Assembly (NCBI GenBank): GCA_964016885.1 | Contig: OZ024742.1 | Location: 226,858,001 to 226,922,000, forward strand | Length of the DNA: 64,000 bases | Direction of reading: 5' to 3' | From: Eledone cirrhosa | Taxonomy: Eukaryota | Shown here: positions 37,900 through 52,174 of the stretch, piece after piece | How the letters are laid out: the number at the start of each line of letters is the position of its first letter | Position numbering within the stretch: the stretch's first letter is position 1 | Made by a program: the position numbers and the translations under genes | The notes under the pieces: model-generated | Database searches by the model: none | Told to the model about the DNA's origin: nothing | Seen by the model: only the letters and a program-made list of their open reading frames with translations

Positions 37900-39039
37900 C
37901 TGAACAAAAAAATAATACCAGCAGCAGTTGTAGGTTAAATCTGTGGCTAACCATTTTCACTTGCATGCTTTGGGTTAACCCAAAGCCATTATAAATGATA
38001 TTTGCCCAAGATGCCATGCAGTAGGATTGAACTCAGGACCTTAGAATTGTGAATCAAAATTCTTAACCATTCGTCCAAGTTACATCCATAATGTCCTCTT
38101 AATTATAGTAACAACTACAACCAAACAGCTCCAGCTGGCCACAGAACTCACCTCTGATATTAACCCAGACAACATATCCTACTTTTGTGTTCATTAATAA
38201 TTTAAACCTCATAATGACTGTTTCGGCTAATTATCACTACAATACAAAGTTTTAGCTTTCAATTTATGAATAAATAAACTCTATCTCTATTGTACAATTT
38301 TCTCCTCTAGTTTCTACAGACACAAATATACATATGCATAAAAAAAACATATATATACATTTTTCGTTTTGTGTTTTATGTGCAGAATTGAGGAATTTGC
38401 ACAAGTTAGCATGGTTAGCTGTTTCATTACTATATTTCTAATGAAAGACACTGTTTATGGTTTTCAAAGAAATTTGGAAATAATCCCGGTTGCAAAGAGA
38501 TTTATTAATAAGTAACTATCTCATTAAGTTGGTGTGAATGAAGGCCACAGTGGGATTTGAACTCAGAACACAAAGAGCCAGAACAAATACCACAGATCCA
38601 ACATTCTAACAATTCTCCCAATTCCCCACTCCTGGATTGGTACTTTATTTTATCAACAATAAAAGGATGAAAGTTAAAGTTGACCTAAGTGAGATTTGAA
38701 ATCAGGGCACAGAGAGCTGCAACAAATACCACAAGGTATTTCGTTCTCTGCTCCCACAACTCTATCAATTCTCCATATATGATCAGTCAGTTGCAAAATT
38801 AACAATTCCTATATTTTATTACTAATGTAAATTACATACATACATACTTATATATATACACATATACATATAACTATATATGTATACATGAATATATACA
38901 GATATAACTTTATCATACACTTTGACTGCTTAGTACATTTCTTAATATATATATATATATCTTAATTAACTACCAACACAAGCGCTAATTATATACAAAT
39001 TAGTATGTCCATTTCAGAATACTACAAAGAGAAGACAAG

Positions 39040-40130
39040 GAGTTCATCATGGTTCGGTTCTAAGCCCACTATTGTTCATTATAGTTCTCCAGGCCATAAT
39101 AGAAGAGTTTAAGAATGGCTGTCCATGGGAACTTCTCTGTGAAGATGACCTGGTTCTTATAGTTGAATTCATAAAATAACTAGAGAATAAGTTTTGACTG
39201 TGGAAACAGAATTTACAATGAAAAGGGCTGAGATCAAACTTAGCAAAAACTAAAATGTAGGTAACCAGGAAAGAAGACAGGACCCCGATCCTATCAGGGA
39301 AGTGGCCCTGCTCAGTATACATAAAAGGGACAAGCATAAACTCTATAGGAGGCACACAATGCAAATATTGGGTACACAAGAAGTGTAGTGGGATAACGGG
39401 CACTCTAACAAGAAAAGACATCTTCGTATGTACTACATGCACAGGGGTAATTGATGGGAAGAGCGACAGTGACAAACTTTTTCCATTCACGTGAAGGGTC
39501 CATAGAAGTGGTTGATAGTTTCTGCTACCTAGGTGACCTAATTAGCAGTGGAGGAGGGTGCTCCAAGAGCATAATAGCTAGTATAAGCATAGGAGCTATT
39601 CCCTCTGTTGACAACAAATGGTTTCTTCTTATGAATAAAAGGACAGCTGTATGATGCCTGTGTGTGAAGTGTGATGCTGCATGGTAGTGAAACATGGGCA
39701 ATGACAGAAGAGAACATGCATAGGCTAGAGAGAAATGAAGCAACTATACTTTGTTGGATGTGAAATGTAAGTGTGAGAGAAAAGCAGAGGTTGAGTGAAC
39801 AGAAGGAAAAACTGGGTTTAAGAGGAATCAGAAGTGGTGTGCAATAGTGAAGACTGTATTTGTAGAGGCGTATGGTGCATATGAATGATGACGGCGGGGT
39901 GAACAAAATCCCATTTCCATTCCAATGAAATCCCATTTCATTGGGAGGAAGCCACAGTAAAGGTAGTCCATGGAAGACCAGGGTGGAGGTGGTGAGAGCT
40001 GATCTCAAATCATTGAAACATCTCACAGAAGAGATGAAAAAAGAATGTGATGAATGGAGAAATGCTGTGCTGAAAAGAACCCTTCTAACCCATGCACACG
40101 CGGAAAAATGGACATAAAAGTGACGACGAT
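39040..40130 (+). mobile_element. degenerate RTE LINE
   Basis: VHHGSVLSPLLF, VVDSFCYLGDLI, MLHGSETW remnants, then tail. Confidence 0.85.
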
Positions 40131-40429
40131 GATATATATAATTATTGTATATAAGTGTCCAACTGAAGCAAAGATGGAAAAAGGATTAATGATGGTAATA
40201 ATGAATTCATCATCATCATCGTTTAACATCTGTCTTCCATGCTAGCATGGGTTAGACTTATATGTATATACATGTCAGGAGCAGTGGAAACAATTCTTAA
40301 GGGGGGGGTCAACTTAGTTGTAGTGATTAGTTTAGCTATTATTATCAAATATCAACCAAGATATTAAAAACTTTGATATGTGATAAACATAACATGTACA
40401 TAAATTGTAGCACATATATAAATAGATGT

Positions 40430-41347
40430 AGGGAGGGTGCTCTGAAAGTACAGTAGCTAGAGTCAGAACGGGATGGAAAAAGTTCAGAGAGCTTATACCA
40501 TTATTGGCCGCTAAAGGGTTCTCTCTAAAAATGAAAGGCAGGTTGTACGATGCCTGCATACGAACAGCAATGTTACATGGCAGTGAGACCTGGGCATTGT
40601 GTGCAGAGGATATACGCAGACTGGAGAGAAACGAAGCTTGCATGCTCCGCTGGATGTGTAATAGTAATATACGTGAACGGCAAAGCATAAACGAACTAAC
40701 GGAGAAATTAGGAATAAGAGGGATCAGATGTTGTTTACTCGAGAGAAGGCTACGTTAGTATGGTCACGTGATGCGCATGAAAGACGACAGCTGTATAAAA
40801 AAGTGCAGGGCAATAAAGATAGACGGTAGCCACGGAGTAGGCAGACCCAGAAAAACCTGGGACGACTTGATAAATTCCAACCTCACACACTTACACCTCT
40901 CCAAGACAATGTCACTGGACCGAGATCTTTGGCGCTACACAGTCATACAGAAGACCCGCCTTGCCTAAGTACAAAGCGAAATCTACAGTCAGTAGGCACC
41001 TCTAACAAAATACACCCCTCGTCCCACTATCCCCACCCCCTCCACACCACCCCCTTAAATGTGAAGTTATGTTGGTACCACAACATCCAGTCCGAAACAA
41101 ATGAAGTCGTGTAGGTGTCACAACAAAAAAACACACAGTCCACGCTGTAATGTGGCCGTGTAGGTAACATGGTAAAAAGCTCCCAGTCCACACTGTAAAC
41201 GTGGTTGGTGTTAGGAAGGGCATCCAGCCGTAGAAAACCCGCCAGACAGTCCTATACGAGCAAGACAACCAATCTTGCCTCAAGTGGGAAAATTCCCGTC
41301 CAAACCCATGCAAGCATGGAAGATGGACGTTAAACGATGATGATGAT
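40430..41347 (+). mobile_element. RTE LINE 3' end with UTR and (GAT)n tail
   Basis: KGFSLKMKGRLYDACIRTAMLHGSETW...GRPRKTW; 3' UTR shared with 33790-33990 and 51700-52150. Confidence 0.92.
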
Positions 41348-42189
41348 GTGTGTTTTGGTAGTTTGGGCAGAAAAATATAATTATTGGAGGACCCACACTC
41401 CACCTTCTCCACCACCCCTGCATGTATCTAAAGTCGAAAGTCTGTCTTATGCCAGAAAGCTCATTTGGCTGGTGCTTATCCCGGTTTCATGGCGTGAAGT
41501 GACTGAGAGTACAAGACTACCCCCTGGACAGGACACCAGTCCATCTCAGGGTTAAACCCACCAGCTATTGCTGGTACTCATTTTCAGCTGAGTATACTGG
41601 AGAACGTGAAATAAAGTGTTTTGCTCAAGAACACAACACGCAGCCCAGGAATCGAACCCACAACATTATGATCGTAAGACCAACACCCTTACCACTAGGC
41701 CACATGCCTCCACAACTGCATGTATATATATAAGTATATGAATGAACCTCCATTGGTTTCAACAATGAGTGTTCCAGTCATTCAACCAACAGACCAGCCT
41801 GATTGTGAAATTAATTTTGTAAGTGGCTGAGCTTGCCACAGATATGTATCCTCTTAATATAATTCCCAGGGATATTCAGGGTCACAGTGACAAGCTTGCT
41901 CTTTGAATTACAGGCGCAATCCATCTGATTGGCTTCAAAAATGTTTCCATCTATCCAGTTTCATTCACAAAGCAATGGTTGACTCTAGGTTATTGTTAAC
42001 GACACTTGCCTAAAATGTCATGGAATGGAATCTAACCCAGGACCTAATGATTGTGAAGCAAACTTCTTAATCATTTGCACACACACATACACACACACAC
42101 ATCCATACACACTCACACACACACACATGCATACACACACACACACGCACACACGCGCACGCACGCACACACACACACATACACACACA

Positions 42190-42550
42190 TATGGGTGTGT
42201 AATGTTAATGTGCTTAAACAACAGCATGTAGATGAACTGAGAGAAAAGCTAGTATAAGAGCAATCAGATGTAGTGTGCAGGAGAGAATGTGCTGGTATGG
42301 ACATGTGATGTGTATGGATGATAAAGACAGGGTGAAGAATGTGCCAAAAGATGCTAGTGGAAGGAAGCTGCAGCAGAGGAAGCTTAAGAAAAATTTAAGT
42401 AGAAGTGGTCAGAGCTGATCTCATAATGCTGAACTTCTCAGAGGGGATGGTGAAGGAACAATTCTAGTGGAGGGAGACTGTGCTAGAAAGAACCTATCCA
42501 ACCCATGCAAGATTGGAGAAGCAACCACAAAATGATGATGATAATGATGA
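42190..42550 (+). mobile_element. degenerate RTE 3' fragment
   Basis: DELREKL...WYGHVM remnant and tail. Confidence 0.7.
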
Positions 42551-43399
42551 TATATAATTTATATATAAATTTGAGTGACTTCCGTCCATCCGTTCATCCG
42601 TCCATCACACAATGTGTGTTTGTGTGAATGTATGTGTGTGTAAAAGGAAGGAAGAGGGTGGTGAAAAAACTATGACAAAACAGTGTCTGGCATTCCATTT
42701 GCTACACTGTGTGTGAGTGTATGTGTGTGTTTGTGTTAATGTATGTCTATAAGTGTGACTGTGTTTGCAGATTTATAACAATATACTTATACAAGCGTCA
42801 GTGTGTTGAAAAACATTCTAATTGTATAAACAATACAAATATTCTCTTTGCTTAAATTTCATTCATTATTGTATCAATATTATTTAATTTCACTAATTAT
42901 TGATTAATTGCCAGAGTTACAGCTCATTAACAAGTCCTAAATGTCATTAAAAAATAATTATTTATAACCCGAATAATTTGAAAATTTGTTTAAATCATAA
43001 AGATTTAATTAGCTTTTCTGAACTAAATGAAATTCTTAATATGAGAACTGTAATGAAACTCATTAAATTGTGAAATATTCAGTCTAGTTGCAGAGTCTAT
43101 ATTATTCTTTTATTATTTTACTTGTTTCAGTCATTAGATTGTGGCTGTGCCTTAAAGGGATTTTAGTTGGTCATATCAGTACATATATTGTTTTCAAGTC
43201 TGGTAGTTATTTTATCAATGTCTATTTGTCAAACCAGTAAGTTATGATATATAACCAAACAGTAAACATAAACATTGACACATGTACATTCTCTAAATGC
43301 TAAACTCTGCCAGTTGCATACTGCACATCAGCATGAAATATTTTCTCCACAAAATTCGATCACCAACAGCAGATTTTAAAGAGCAAAGGTCAAATCCTG

Positions 43400-43990
43400 T
43401 CCATAAGTTAACATTATCAAGCCATCATTTTGGCTGCTGACCTCTGCTTCTCTTATTAGCCAACTTTCCTTCTAGGCATAACCTACTCACACGAGTTGAT
43501 CTTTTGATATGACCGTATAGTTTAAGCACTCTTGATCTAACAATTGATGCGATTGGTCTAAGCCTGGTGATGTTGAGTAGCTCACTGATACAGATACGGT
43601 CGCTGAGCTGCTTGCCAGTCACAAGTCTCATGATGTGGTTCTGGAATGTAGAGAGCTTCTGAAGTGACCCTGTCGTCCAATTAACACAGTCAAGACTATA
43701 TAGACAACTTGTAGGATGTAAGTATCAAAGATCTTAGCCTTCAAATGATAGGAAACTCATTTTGGTATAAGTATTTCCTTGTTCTTGTTGAAGGCTGCAC
43801 AACTGAGAACGATACGATACTGCACAGCATCCATTCCATTGTTGTTTGATGATAGTTTGTGACCAAGATATACAAATTCCGTAACTTGAGCAATTTGCTG
43901 GTTGTGAGTTGGAGGTTGGCATTGTTTTTATCAGTTGTCATACACTTTGTTTTGGAGATGTTGATGTGTAAGTCAGCCTCCAGCAAATGT
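43400..43990 (-). mobile_element. divergent RTE-like LINE fragment
   Basis: LHINISKTKCM; LKLYGHIKR...LEGKL..KRSRG. Confidence 0.65.
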
Positions 43991-44847
43991 TTGGCCAGTA
44001 CATGCACACACACACACATGGCTATATATACATATATTGCAGGTTTCTGCACACTTTCCATCTACTAAATTCCACTCACAAGGCATTCATCAACACAAAA
44101 CTATAGTAAAAGTCATTTGCCCAAGGTACAACATAACAGGACTGAACTTGGAACCACATGGTTGTGAACCAAACTCTTTAACCACTCAGCTATGACTGAC
44201 TATTATTATTTATAGATTTTCATTGGTTTATTTTTAGTGCATGCCTTAACTGCACAATTGAAGTGCCCATCTGTTCAGCTTTGTCCTCCTCTATAGAGCT
44301 CTGTGCGGCTCTGCCCCCCCCCCCCCCTGTGCAGCTCTGTCCCCCCATGTGCAGCTCTGCCCTCCCTCTGCATCTCAATGTCCCTTTGTGCAACTCTATG
44401 CCCCTTGGTTCCCCTCATTGCTGCTCTGTGCCCCCCCCCCTCTGCATTCTTTGTTGTTGTTGTTGTCGGTGGTGGTGATGGTGCTGCTGCTGCTGCTGTG
44501 TTGCTACTGCTGCTACTTCTGCTACTGTTTCTGCTGTTGTTGATGATGGTGCTGCTACTACTGATAATGACAATGATGCTAATGATGATGGTGGTGGTGT
44601 TGAACTGGGAGTGCTGCTGCTGTTGATAATTGATAATATCAATAATGACAATGATGATGATGACAACAGCAAAGATGATGTTGTTGACAGTGATCCTAAT
44701 GATGATGTTGAAGATACTGCTGCTGCTGATAATGATGGCGTCCTCAGCTTCTATTTCTGAACAATGTCTATCTCTGAGTTATGTAACACTAAGAAAAATA
44801 AAATTTATTTCCCAGAATTTGAAGATTATTCAGTTTCCAGTTATCAT

Positions 44848-45762
44848 TTGGCAGTATTGGTAGACCGTCAGACACCATGCTTTGCAGCATAGAGTTATGG
44901 CCCTTTACATTCTGAGTTCAAATCCCGCTGAGGTTAGCTATGCCTTTCATCCTTACAGGGTCGATAAAATGAAGCACCAGTAATGTACTAGGGTAATTGC
45001 TGGCCTTGTGCCAAAAATAGAAAGAATTATTTCAGGGTAGTGGATTGGCAGTATCAGTAGAGCACCTGACGCCATGCTTTGCAGCATAGAGTTATGGCCC
45101 TTTGCGTTCTGAGTTCAAATCCCGCTGAGGTTAGCTTAGCCTTTCATCCTTACAGGGTCGATAAAATAAAGTACCAGTAATGCACTGGGTAACTGCTGGC
45201 CTTGTGCCTAAAGTAGAAACAATTATTTTAGAAAAAAAATCTTTTAAATATTTTCCAAGACATTTAATTATCCATGGTTCCAGGTTTCAGGTATTCTGCA
45301 GAATCCAGTCGAGTTTCTTTGGAAAAGACATTGCTTTATTATCATCAACATCATCATCATCATCGTTGTCATAGATATGATGAAGATGATGATGGTGGTG
45401 GATCCTCTGTCGATTTCAATAAAGAAATACTCAGTTGTTCAATCAACAGGTTGTCCAGCTTGTGAATTATCATGTAAGTGGTTGAGTATCCCTCAAACAC
45501 TCCTTAACTTACTAGGCACAATCAGCATGACATAATATGTGACAAGGCTGGACCTTTGAATTACAGGTATAATCCATCTTGCTGGCAGTATTGGTACAGC
45601 GTCAGACACTATGCTTTGCAGCATAGAGTTATGGCTCTTTACATTCTGGGTTCAAATCCCGCCGAGGTTAACTTTGCCTTTCATTCTTATGGGTCGATAA
45701 AATAAAGTACCAGTAATGTACTGGAGTAATTGCTGGCCTTGTGCCCAAAATAGAAACAATTA
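44848..45762 (+). mobile_element. cluster of SINE family A copies
   Basis: Three copies at about 44848, 45038 and 45583. Confidence 0.85.
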
Positions 45763-45964
45763 TTGTGTAAGTGGCTGAGTATTCCACAGAAATGCATACC
45801 TCTCGCATAATTCTTAGACAGCATCAGTGTGACATAATATGGGACAAGGCTGAACCTTTGAATTATAGATACAATCCACCCAACAGGCTTCCACACAGTC
45901 TCTGTCATCCCAGTTTCACCCTCAAGACTTGGGTCTATCTGAGGCTTTGGTAAAGACAACTGCC

Positions 45965-46225
45965 AAGAACCAACACCAACCACTAGCAACACCAACACTA
46001 CCACCAACACCACCACCAACACCACCACGACTACCACCACCACCACCACCATTACCACCACTACCAACACCAACACCACCACCACTATTACCACCACTAC
46101 CACCACCACCACCACCAACAACACTACCACCAACACCACCACCAACACCACCACCACCACCAACACTACCACCACTACAACCACTATCACCACCACCCAA
46201 CACCACCACGACTACCACCACCACC

Positions 46226-46257
<32 letters not shown>

Positions 46258-46308
46258 CAACACCACCACACCACGACCACCACCACCACCAACCAACACC
46301 ACCACCAC
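45965..46308. repeat. degenerate (CAC)n/(CAA)n tract
   Basis: Direct inspection. Confidence 0.95.
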
Positions 46309-46477
46309 TGATTACAAGAGGAGGAGAGACAAGGTAGTCAGGAGTACCTGAGTAGAGGTGGTACAAGATCAACCAGATCCAAAGAACAGAGGCTATTGTA
46401 GTAGTGGTAGAAGAGGTAGAGAGAGGAGACAGCACATCTTAGGGCCAGGGGACTGGCTTGCAATGGACTAACATATT

Positions 46478-48368
46478 TTCTTCTTCTCCTTCTTCTTCTT
46501 CTTCTTCTTCTTCTTCTTCTTCCTCCTCCTCCTCCTCCGCCTCCTCCTCTTCTTCTCTTCTTCTTCTTCTTCTTCTCCTCCTCCTCTCTCTTCTTCTTCT
46601 TCTTCTTCTGCTTCTCTTCTTTTCTTCTTTTCTCTTCTTCTTCTTCTTCTTCTTCTCTTCTTCTTCTTCTTCTTTTCTCACCACCAACCTCCTCCTCCAC
46701 CTCACCTCCTCCTCCCCCTCTCCTTCTCTTTTCTTCTTCTTCTTCTTCTTCTTCTTCGTCTTCTTCTTCTCGCTCCTCCTTCTTCTTCTTCTTCTTCTTC
46801 TTCTTCCTTCTTCTTCTTCTTCTCCTTCTTCTTTTCTTCTTCTTCTTCTTCTTCTTCTTCTTCTTTTCTTCTTCTCCTCCTCCTCCTCCTTCTTCTTCTT
46901 CTTGCTCTCTTCTTCTTCTTCTTTTCTTCTTCTTCTCTTCTTCTTCTTTTTTCTTCTTCTTCTTTTTCTTTCTTCTTCTTTTTCTTCTTCTTCTTTCTTT
47001 TCTTCTTCTTCTTCTTCTCTTCTTCTTCTTCTTCTTCTTCGTCATTCTTCTTACTTCTCTCTCCTTCTTGTTTTTCTTTTTCTTTTCTTCTTCTTCTTCT
47101 TTCTTTTTCTTTTCTTCTCTTCTTCTTTTTCTTCTTCTTCTCTCTTCTTCTTCTTCTTCTTCTTCTTCTCCTTCTTCTTTTTCTTCTTCTTCTCCTTCTT
47201 CTTCTTCTTCTTTTTTCTTCTTCTTCTTCTTTTTCTCTCTTCTTCTTCTTTCTTCTTTTCTTCTTCTTTCTTCTTCTTCTTCTTCTTCTTCTTCTTCTTC
47301 TTCTTCTCCTTCTTGTTTTTTCTTTTTCTTTTTCTTTTTCTTCTTCTTCTTCTTCTTTTTCCTTCTTCTTCTTCTTTTTCTTCTTCTTTCTTCTTCTTCT
47401 TCTCTTCTTCTTCTTCTTCTTCATCTTCTACTCTTCTTCTTTTCTTCTTCTTCTCCTTCTTCTTCTTCTTCTTCTTCTTCTTCTTCTTCTTTTCTTCTTC
47501 TTCTCCTTCTTCTTCTTCTTCTTCTTTTCTTCTTCTTCTTCTTCTTCTTTTTCTTCTCCTTCTTCTTCCTTCTTCTTCTTCTTCTCTTCTTCTTCTTCTT
47601 CTTCTCCTTCTTCTTCTTCTTCTTCTCTTTCTTTTTCTTCTTCTTCTTCTTCTTCTTTTTCTTCTTCTTCTACTTCTTTCCTCCTCCTCCTCCCCCTCTT
47701 CTTCTTCTTCTTCTTCTTCTTCTTCTTCTTCTTCTTCTTCTTCTTCGGTGTTCTCTTCTTCTTTTTTTCTTTCTTCTTCTTCTTCTCCTCTCTCCTTCTT
47801 CTTTCTTCTTCTTCTTCTTTTTTCTTCTTCTTCTTCTTCTTTCTTCTTCTTCTTCTTTCCTCCTCTTCCTCCTCCTCCTCCTCCTCCTCCTCTTCTCTTC
47901 TTTATCTTCTTCTTTCTTCTTCTTCTTCTCCTCCTTCTCCTTCTTCTTCTTCTTCTTCTTCTTTTCTTCTTCTTCTTCTTTTCTTCTTCTTTTTCTTCTT
48001 CTTCTTCTTTTTCTTCTTCTTCTTTTTCTTCTTCTTCTTTTTTCTTCTTCTTCTTCTTCTTTTTTCTTCTTTTTCTTCTTCTTCTCTTCTTCTTCTTCTT
48101 CTTCTTCTTCTTCTTCTTCTTCTTTTTCTTCTTCTTCTTCTTCTTCTTCTTCTTCTTCTTCTTCTTCTTCTCCTTCTTGTTTTTCTTTTTCTTCTTCTTC
48201 TTCTTCTTTTCTTCTTCTTCTTCTTCTTCTTCTTCTCCTTCTTGTTTTTCTTTTTCTTCTTCTTCTTCTTCTTCTTCTTTTTTCTTCTTCTTCTTCTTCT
48301 TCTTCTTCTTCTTCTTCTTCTTCTTCTTCTTCTTTTTCTCCCCCCCCCCTTCTTCTTCTTCTTCTTTC
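46478..48368. repeat. about 1.9-kb degenerate (CTT)n polypyrimidine tract
   Basis: Direct inspection; source of the spurious long S/F/L and K/R/E ORFs. Confidence 0.98.
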
Positions 48369-48794
48369 ATGTAAATGATAATAATGGTGATAACGACAAA
48401 GACAATGACGACGACGACGACGACGAAGACAACGACGACGGCGACGACGACGACGATGATGATGATAATGATGATAATGATGATAATGATGATGGTTGTA
48501 GCGTTGAAAAACAATATAAGAAGGCAGTATTACTTTTTGATCCAGTTTAAATTATTTGTGATTGCTGGAATTGGTGGAGTATCTCTCTGTTGAATATTGA
48601 AGAGGATTATAAAAGAATTTCCTCAAAATCACAACGAACCATTTCTTATTCCTTTTCAAATCACATCACTTTACTATTGGAATCGGACACTGACAATATC
48701 TGCAAGATGACATCAATTATAGATACGGCCTTCACTAGAGAATATTGCAGTTTCATTAAAAACCATAACAATAATAATAGTAATAATAATAATA

Positions 48795-49390
48795 ATGTTT
48801 CTATTTTGAGCACAAGGCCAGCAATTAACCCCAATGCATTACTGGTACTTTATTTTATCGACCCCCCGTAAGAATGAAAGGCAAAGTTAACCTCAGCGGG
48901 ATTTGAACTCAGATTGCAAAGGGACGTAACTATGCTGGAAAGCATGGCGTCCCACCCTCTACCGATACTGCCAATCCACCGTTCAATTAATAATAATAAT
49001 AATGTTTCTATTTTGAGCACAAGGCCAGCAATTAACCCCAGTGCATTACTGGTACTTTATTTTATCGACCCCGTAAGAATGAAAGGCAAAGTTAACCTCG
49101 GCGGGATTTGAACTCAGAACGTAAAGGGTCATAGCTCCTATGCTGCAAAGCATGGTGTCTGATGCTCTACCGATACTGCCAAATAATAATGATTTCTAGT
49201 ATAGGCACAGGGCCAGTAATTTGGGGCGAGGGGAAAGTCAATTAAATCGACCCCGGTGCGTGACTGGTACTTTATTTTATCAACCCTGTAAGGATGAAAG
49301 GCAAAGCTAACCTCGATGGGATTTGAACTCAGATCGTAAAGGGAAGTAACTATGCCACGAAGCAGAGTGTCCAACGCTTTACTTATACTG
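48795..49390 (-). mobile_element. three head-to-tail SINE family A copies
   Basis: Copies at about 48795, 49003 and 49190 separated by (AAT)n. Confidence 0.85.
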
Positions 49391-49399
49391 ACGACGATG

Positions 49400-50110
49400 G
49401 CAATGATGATGATATTGATGATTTCTTTTATTTGTCACAAGGATGCTAAATGAGAGGGACATAAAAAAGGCAAGTTAGATAAAATGTGGGGTTTACATAT
49501 AGATCAGATGAGAAAAAATATATATATACATATCATACATCATGATGATAAACAGTCTTTCAGATACAGGAAAATCAAATAGGGATGATCCAGGAACCCC
49601 ACAAGTCCACAGTCACCTTGATCACCAGGGGTGAGGGCCCTCTTCTGATTTTCCAAGTGCAGAGCCATTCACTTTTGTCATTTTTGCCAGCCACCCAACT
49701 TTTATAAAATTCATTGGATGAGGGAAGCCCCCTCCCTCTCCACTCACTTTTATTTTCAAGTGGAATTTCAAAACGTTGATGAGAGCTTGACTGAAGAGGA
49801 AAGTGTTGGTTCTCTCAATCTTGTCCACCACATTTTGCTGTAGCCACCAGACAGAGAAACACTTCCTACCCCTCCCAGTTAAAGAGGGACAGTGGAGTGA
49901 TCTTCACGGTGAATTTGGCTGATGACCAGATCTTTCCTACATGCGATAGCAGCAGTTTGACATAACTACACAGATCAGTGATGTCTAGAGATTGAATGAG
50001 TGCATGCAGAACAGTTCATCATCCTGCATGGTCAACTTAGATAGAATCCATAAAGAAGGGTCTAGTTACTAGAAACTGAACATGCCCTTCTCGGCACATA
50101 AAGCCTACAG
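49400..50110 (-). mobile_element. L1/Tx1-like LINE 3' fragment
   Basis: TNTFLFSQALINVLKFHLKIKV resembles Tx1 ORF2 C-termini; family call is tentative. Confidence 0.5.
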
Positions 50111-50664
50111 AAACTGTATTAGCTAATCCATTCCTTGGTTAGTTTAGTGACACATACACACCACAGAAAGACAAGATGAACAAAGAGGAGACACAGAGAA
50201 GCAGAAATACTCATTGAGGTCACAGAATGTGTGATGAAAGAGTTATGATAATTAAATATGCCAAACATATATGGTTACTAAACTAAGAGAGGAATAAATG
50301 AGTTACCTAACTAATAATAAAGTTGAAGTGAAACATAAGGAGTGCTTGAGTTTTTATTAACAACATAACCCTCCAAAAGTATAACAATATTTACATGCAT
50401 GTGTGTGTGTGCATGTGTGTATTTGTGTGTGTGTGTGTGTGTGTATGTGCGTGCGCGTGCGTGCGCGCATGTGTGTGTATTTGAAAATGTGGGAATCCAA
50501 AACTGCAGGTCACTTTTTCCATCCCTATAGGTATTTTACCTGATTTTCTAAGTTAATATTTATAGCAATTGACTGTTATTACAGTAATTTTCTGTTTGGG
50601 ATTTCCACATTTTCAAATTCCAAATCACCCAAGCGCTTCGATAATTCATAAGATATATATATAT

Positions 50665-51141
50665 ATAATCAAAGAAATTAAAGAAAGAGAAGCAGACCAT
50701 TAAAATATATTTATAAGGAACTCTTACACATGTTACACCCAAGTTGGGCTCCTCAGAGGCTCAGAATAAAGTAAAGGGTTTAATTAGGAACCCTGAATGG
50801 GTATGAATACGATTTTAACATCGAAATTCATATCATATATGAATTTCGATGTTAAAATCGTACTCATACCCATTCAGGGTTCCTAATTAAACCCTTTACT
50901 TTCCTCTGAGCCTCTGAGGGGCGTAACATGTGTAATATATTTTAACGGTCTGCTTCTCTTTCTTTAATTTCTTCGTTTATAATTGCTCTGCTTAAATTCG
51001 CACAATAAATATTAACGCTTCTAATATTTAACCCTGTCTGCACAAGCATCGAGCACAAAAGTACCTGCTTATGGCAATTAATTATCTGTATCGTCTCCTT
51101 CTATAACGCTTCCTCTCTCTATTCTATCTCACAATACTGTA

Positions 51142-51148
<7 letters not shown>
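50665..51148 (+). mobile_element. fold-back element (about 315-bp palindrome plus tail) in (TA)n
   Basis: Axis about 50834; arms to 50665 and 50980; degenerate hammerhead-like CTGAGGA-gcccaacttgggt-GTAA on the left arm (-). Confidence 0.7.
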
Positions 51149-51198
<50 letters not shown>

Positions 51199-51699
51199 TA
51201 ACAGTTTAAATAACACCAAAGATTTCAAGCATTTTTTAAACTGACAGCTGTTTCTACCTGTGCAGAGCCACTTACACTGAGTCATATAACTTCTGATTTG
51301 TAATTCAGCATAGGTGTCCACTGTAATGAGTTATAGATCAACCTGTAAATTAGTTTAATTATTACCATTAATATTATAACTATAATATTAATACTACAGT
51401 GCCATGTGGTTAGGCGGAATCGCTAACCACTGTCGTCATTCAAACATGTATCACAGCCTTATCAAGAAAGAACTTTAACATCTGCAACTACTTCGCATTT
51501 TCTTATTCTAAATATACTCCATCATTCCTATGTGGAAAAAGTACATAGAGTGCTTGAATTGAATTGCATCAATATTTACTGTGGTTGGTGTTAGGAAGGG
51601 CATCCAGCCATAGAAAACCTGCCAGAAACAGTTCTATGAGGGAGACACGGTCACCCAAACAATGGACGTTAAATGATGATGATATATATCATCATCATC

Positions 51700-52143
51700 A
51701 TCATCATCAACGTTTAACGTCCGTGTTCCACGCTTGCATGGGTTTGGACGGGGGTAGTCCCACTTGAGGCAAGAGTGATTGTCTTGCTCGCATAGGACTG
51801 TCTGGCAGGTTTTCTACAGTTGGATGCCCTTCCTAACACCAACCACATTTACAGTGTGGGACTGGGAGGTTTTTACCGTGTTGCCTACACGGCCACATTA
51901 CAGCGTGGACTGTGTGTTTTTTTGTCGTGACACCTACACGATCTCATTTGTTTCGGCCTCGATGGCGCGGCACCAACATAACTTTACATAGAACAGGGTG
52001 GTGTGGATGGGGTGGGGGTGGGGGTGGTGGGATGGGGTGTATTTTGTTAGAGATGCCTACTGGCTGGAGTAGGTTTTACTATATATTTAGGTAAGGCGGG
52101 TCTTCTCTGTTACTGAGTACCGCCAAAGGTCTCGGTCCAGTGA

Positions 52144-52150
<7 letters not shown>
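51700..52150 (-). mobile_element. RTE 3' UTR/tail fragment
   Basis: Reverse complement of the 40905-41345 region. Confidence 0.8.

Positions 52151-52174
<24 letters not shown>

Noticed and set aside
45687-46351. Pro/Thr-rich (extensin/mucin-like) and Gly/Val-rich ORFs
   Set aside because: (CAC)n microsatellite open in several frames; no splice or domain support
46338-48514. Long ORFs of 235-638 aa (poly S/F/L or K/R/E)
   Set aside because: Stop-free reading of the (CTT)n tract on both strands; no coding signal
48540-48871. 93-aa ORF in unique-looking sequence
   Set aside because: Non-ATG start, runs into a SINE, no motif or consistent splice frame
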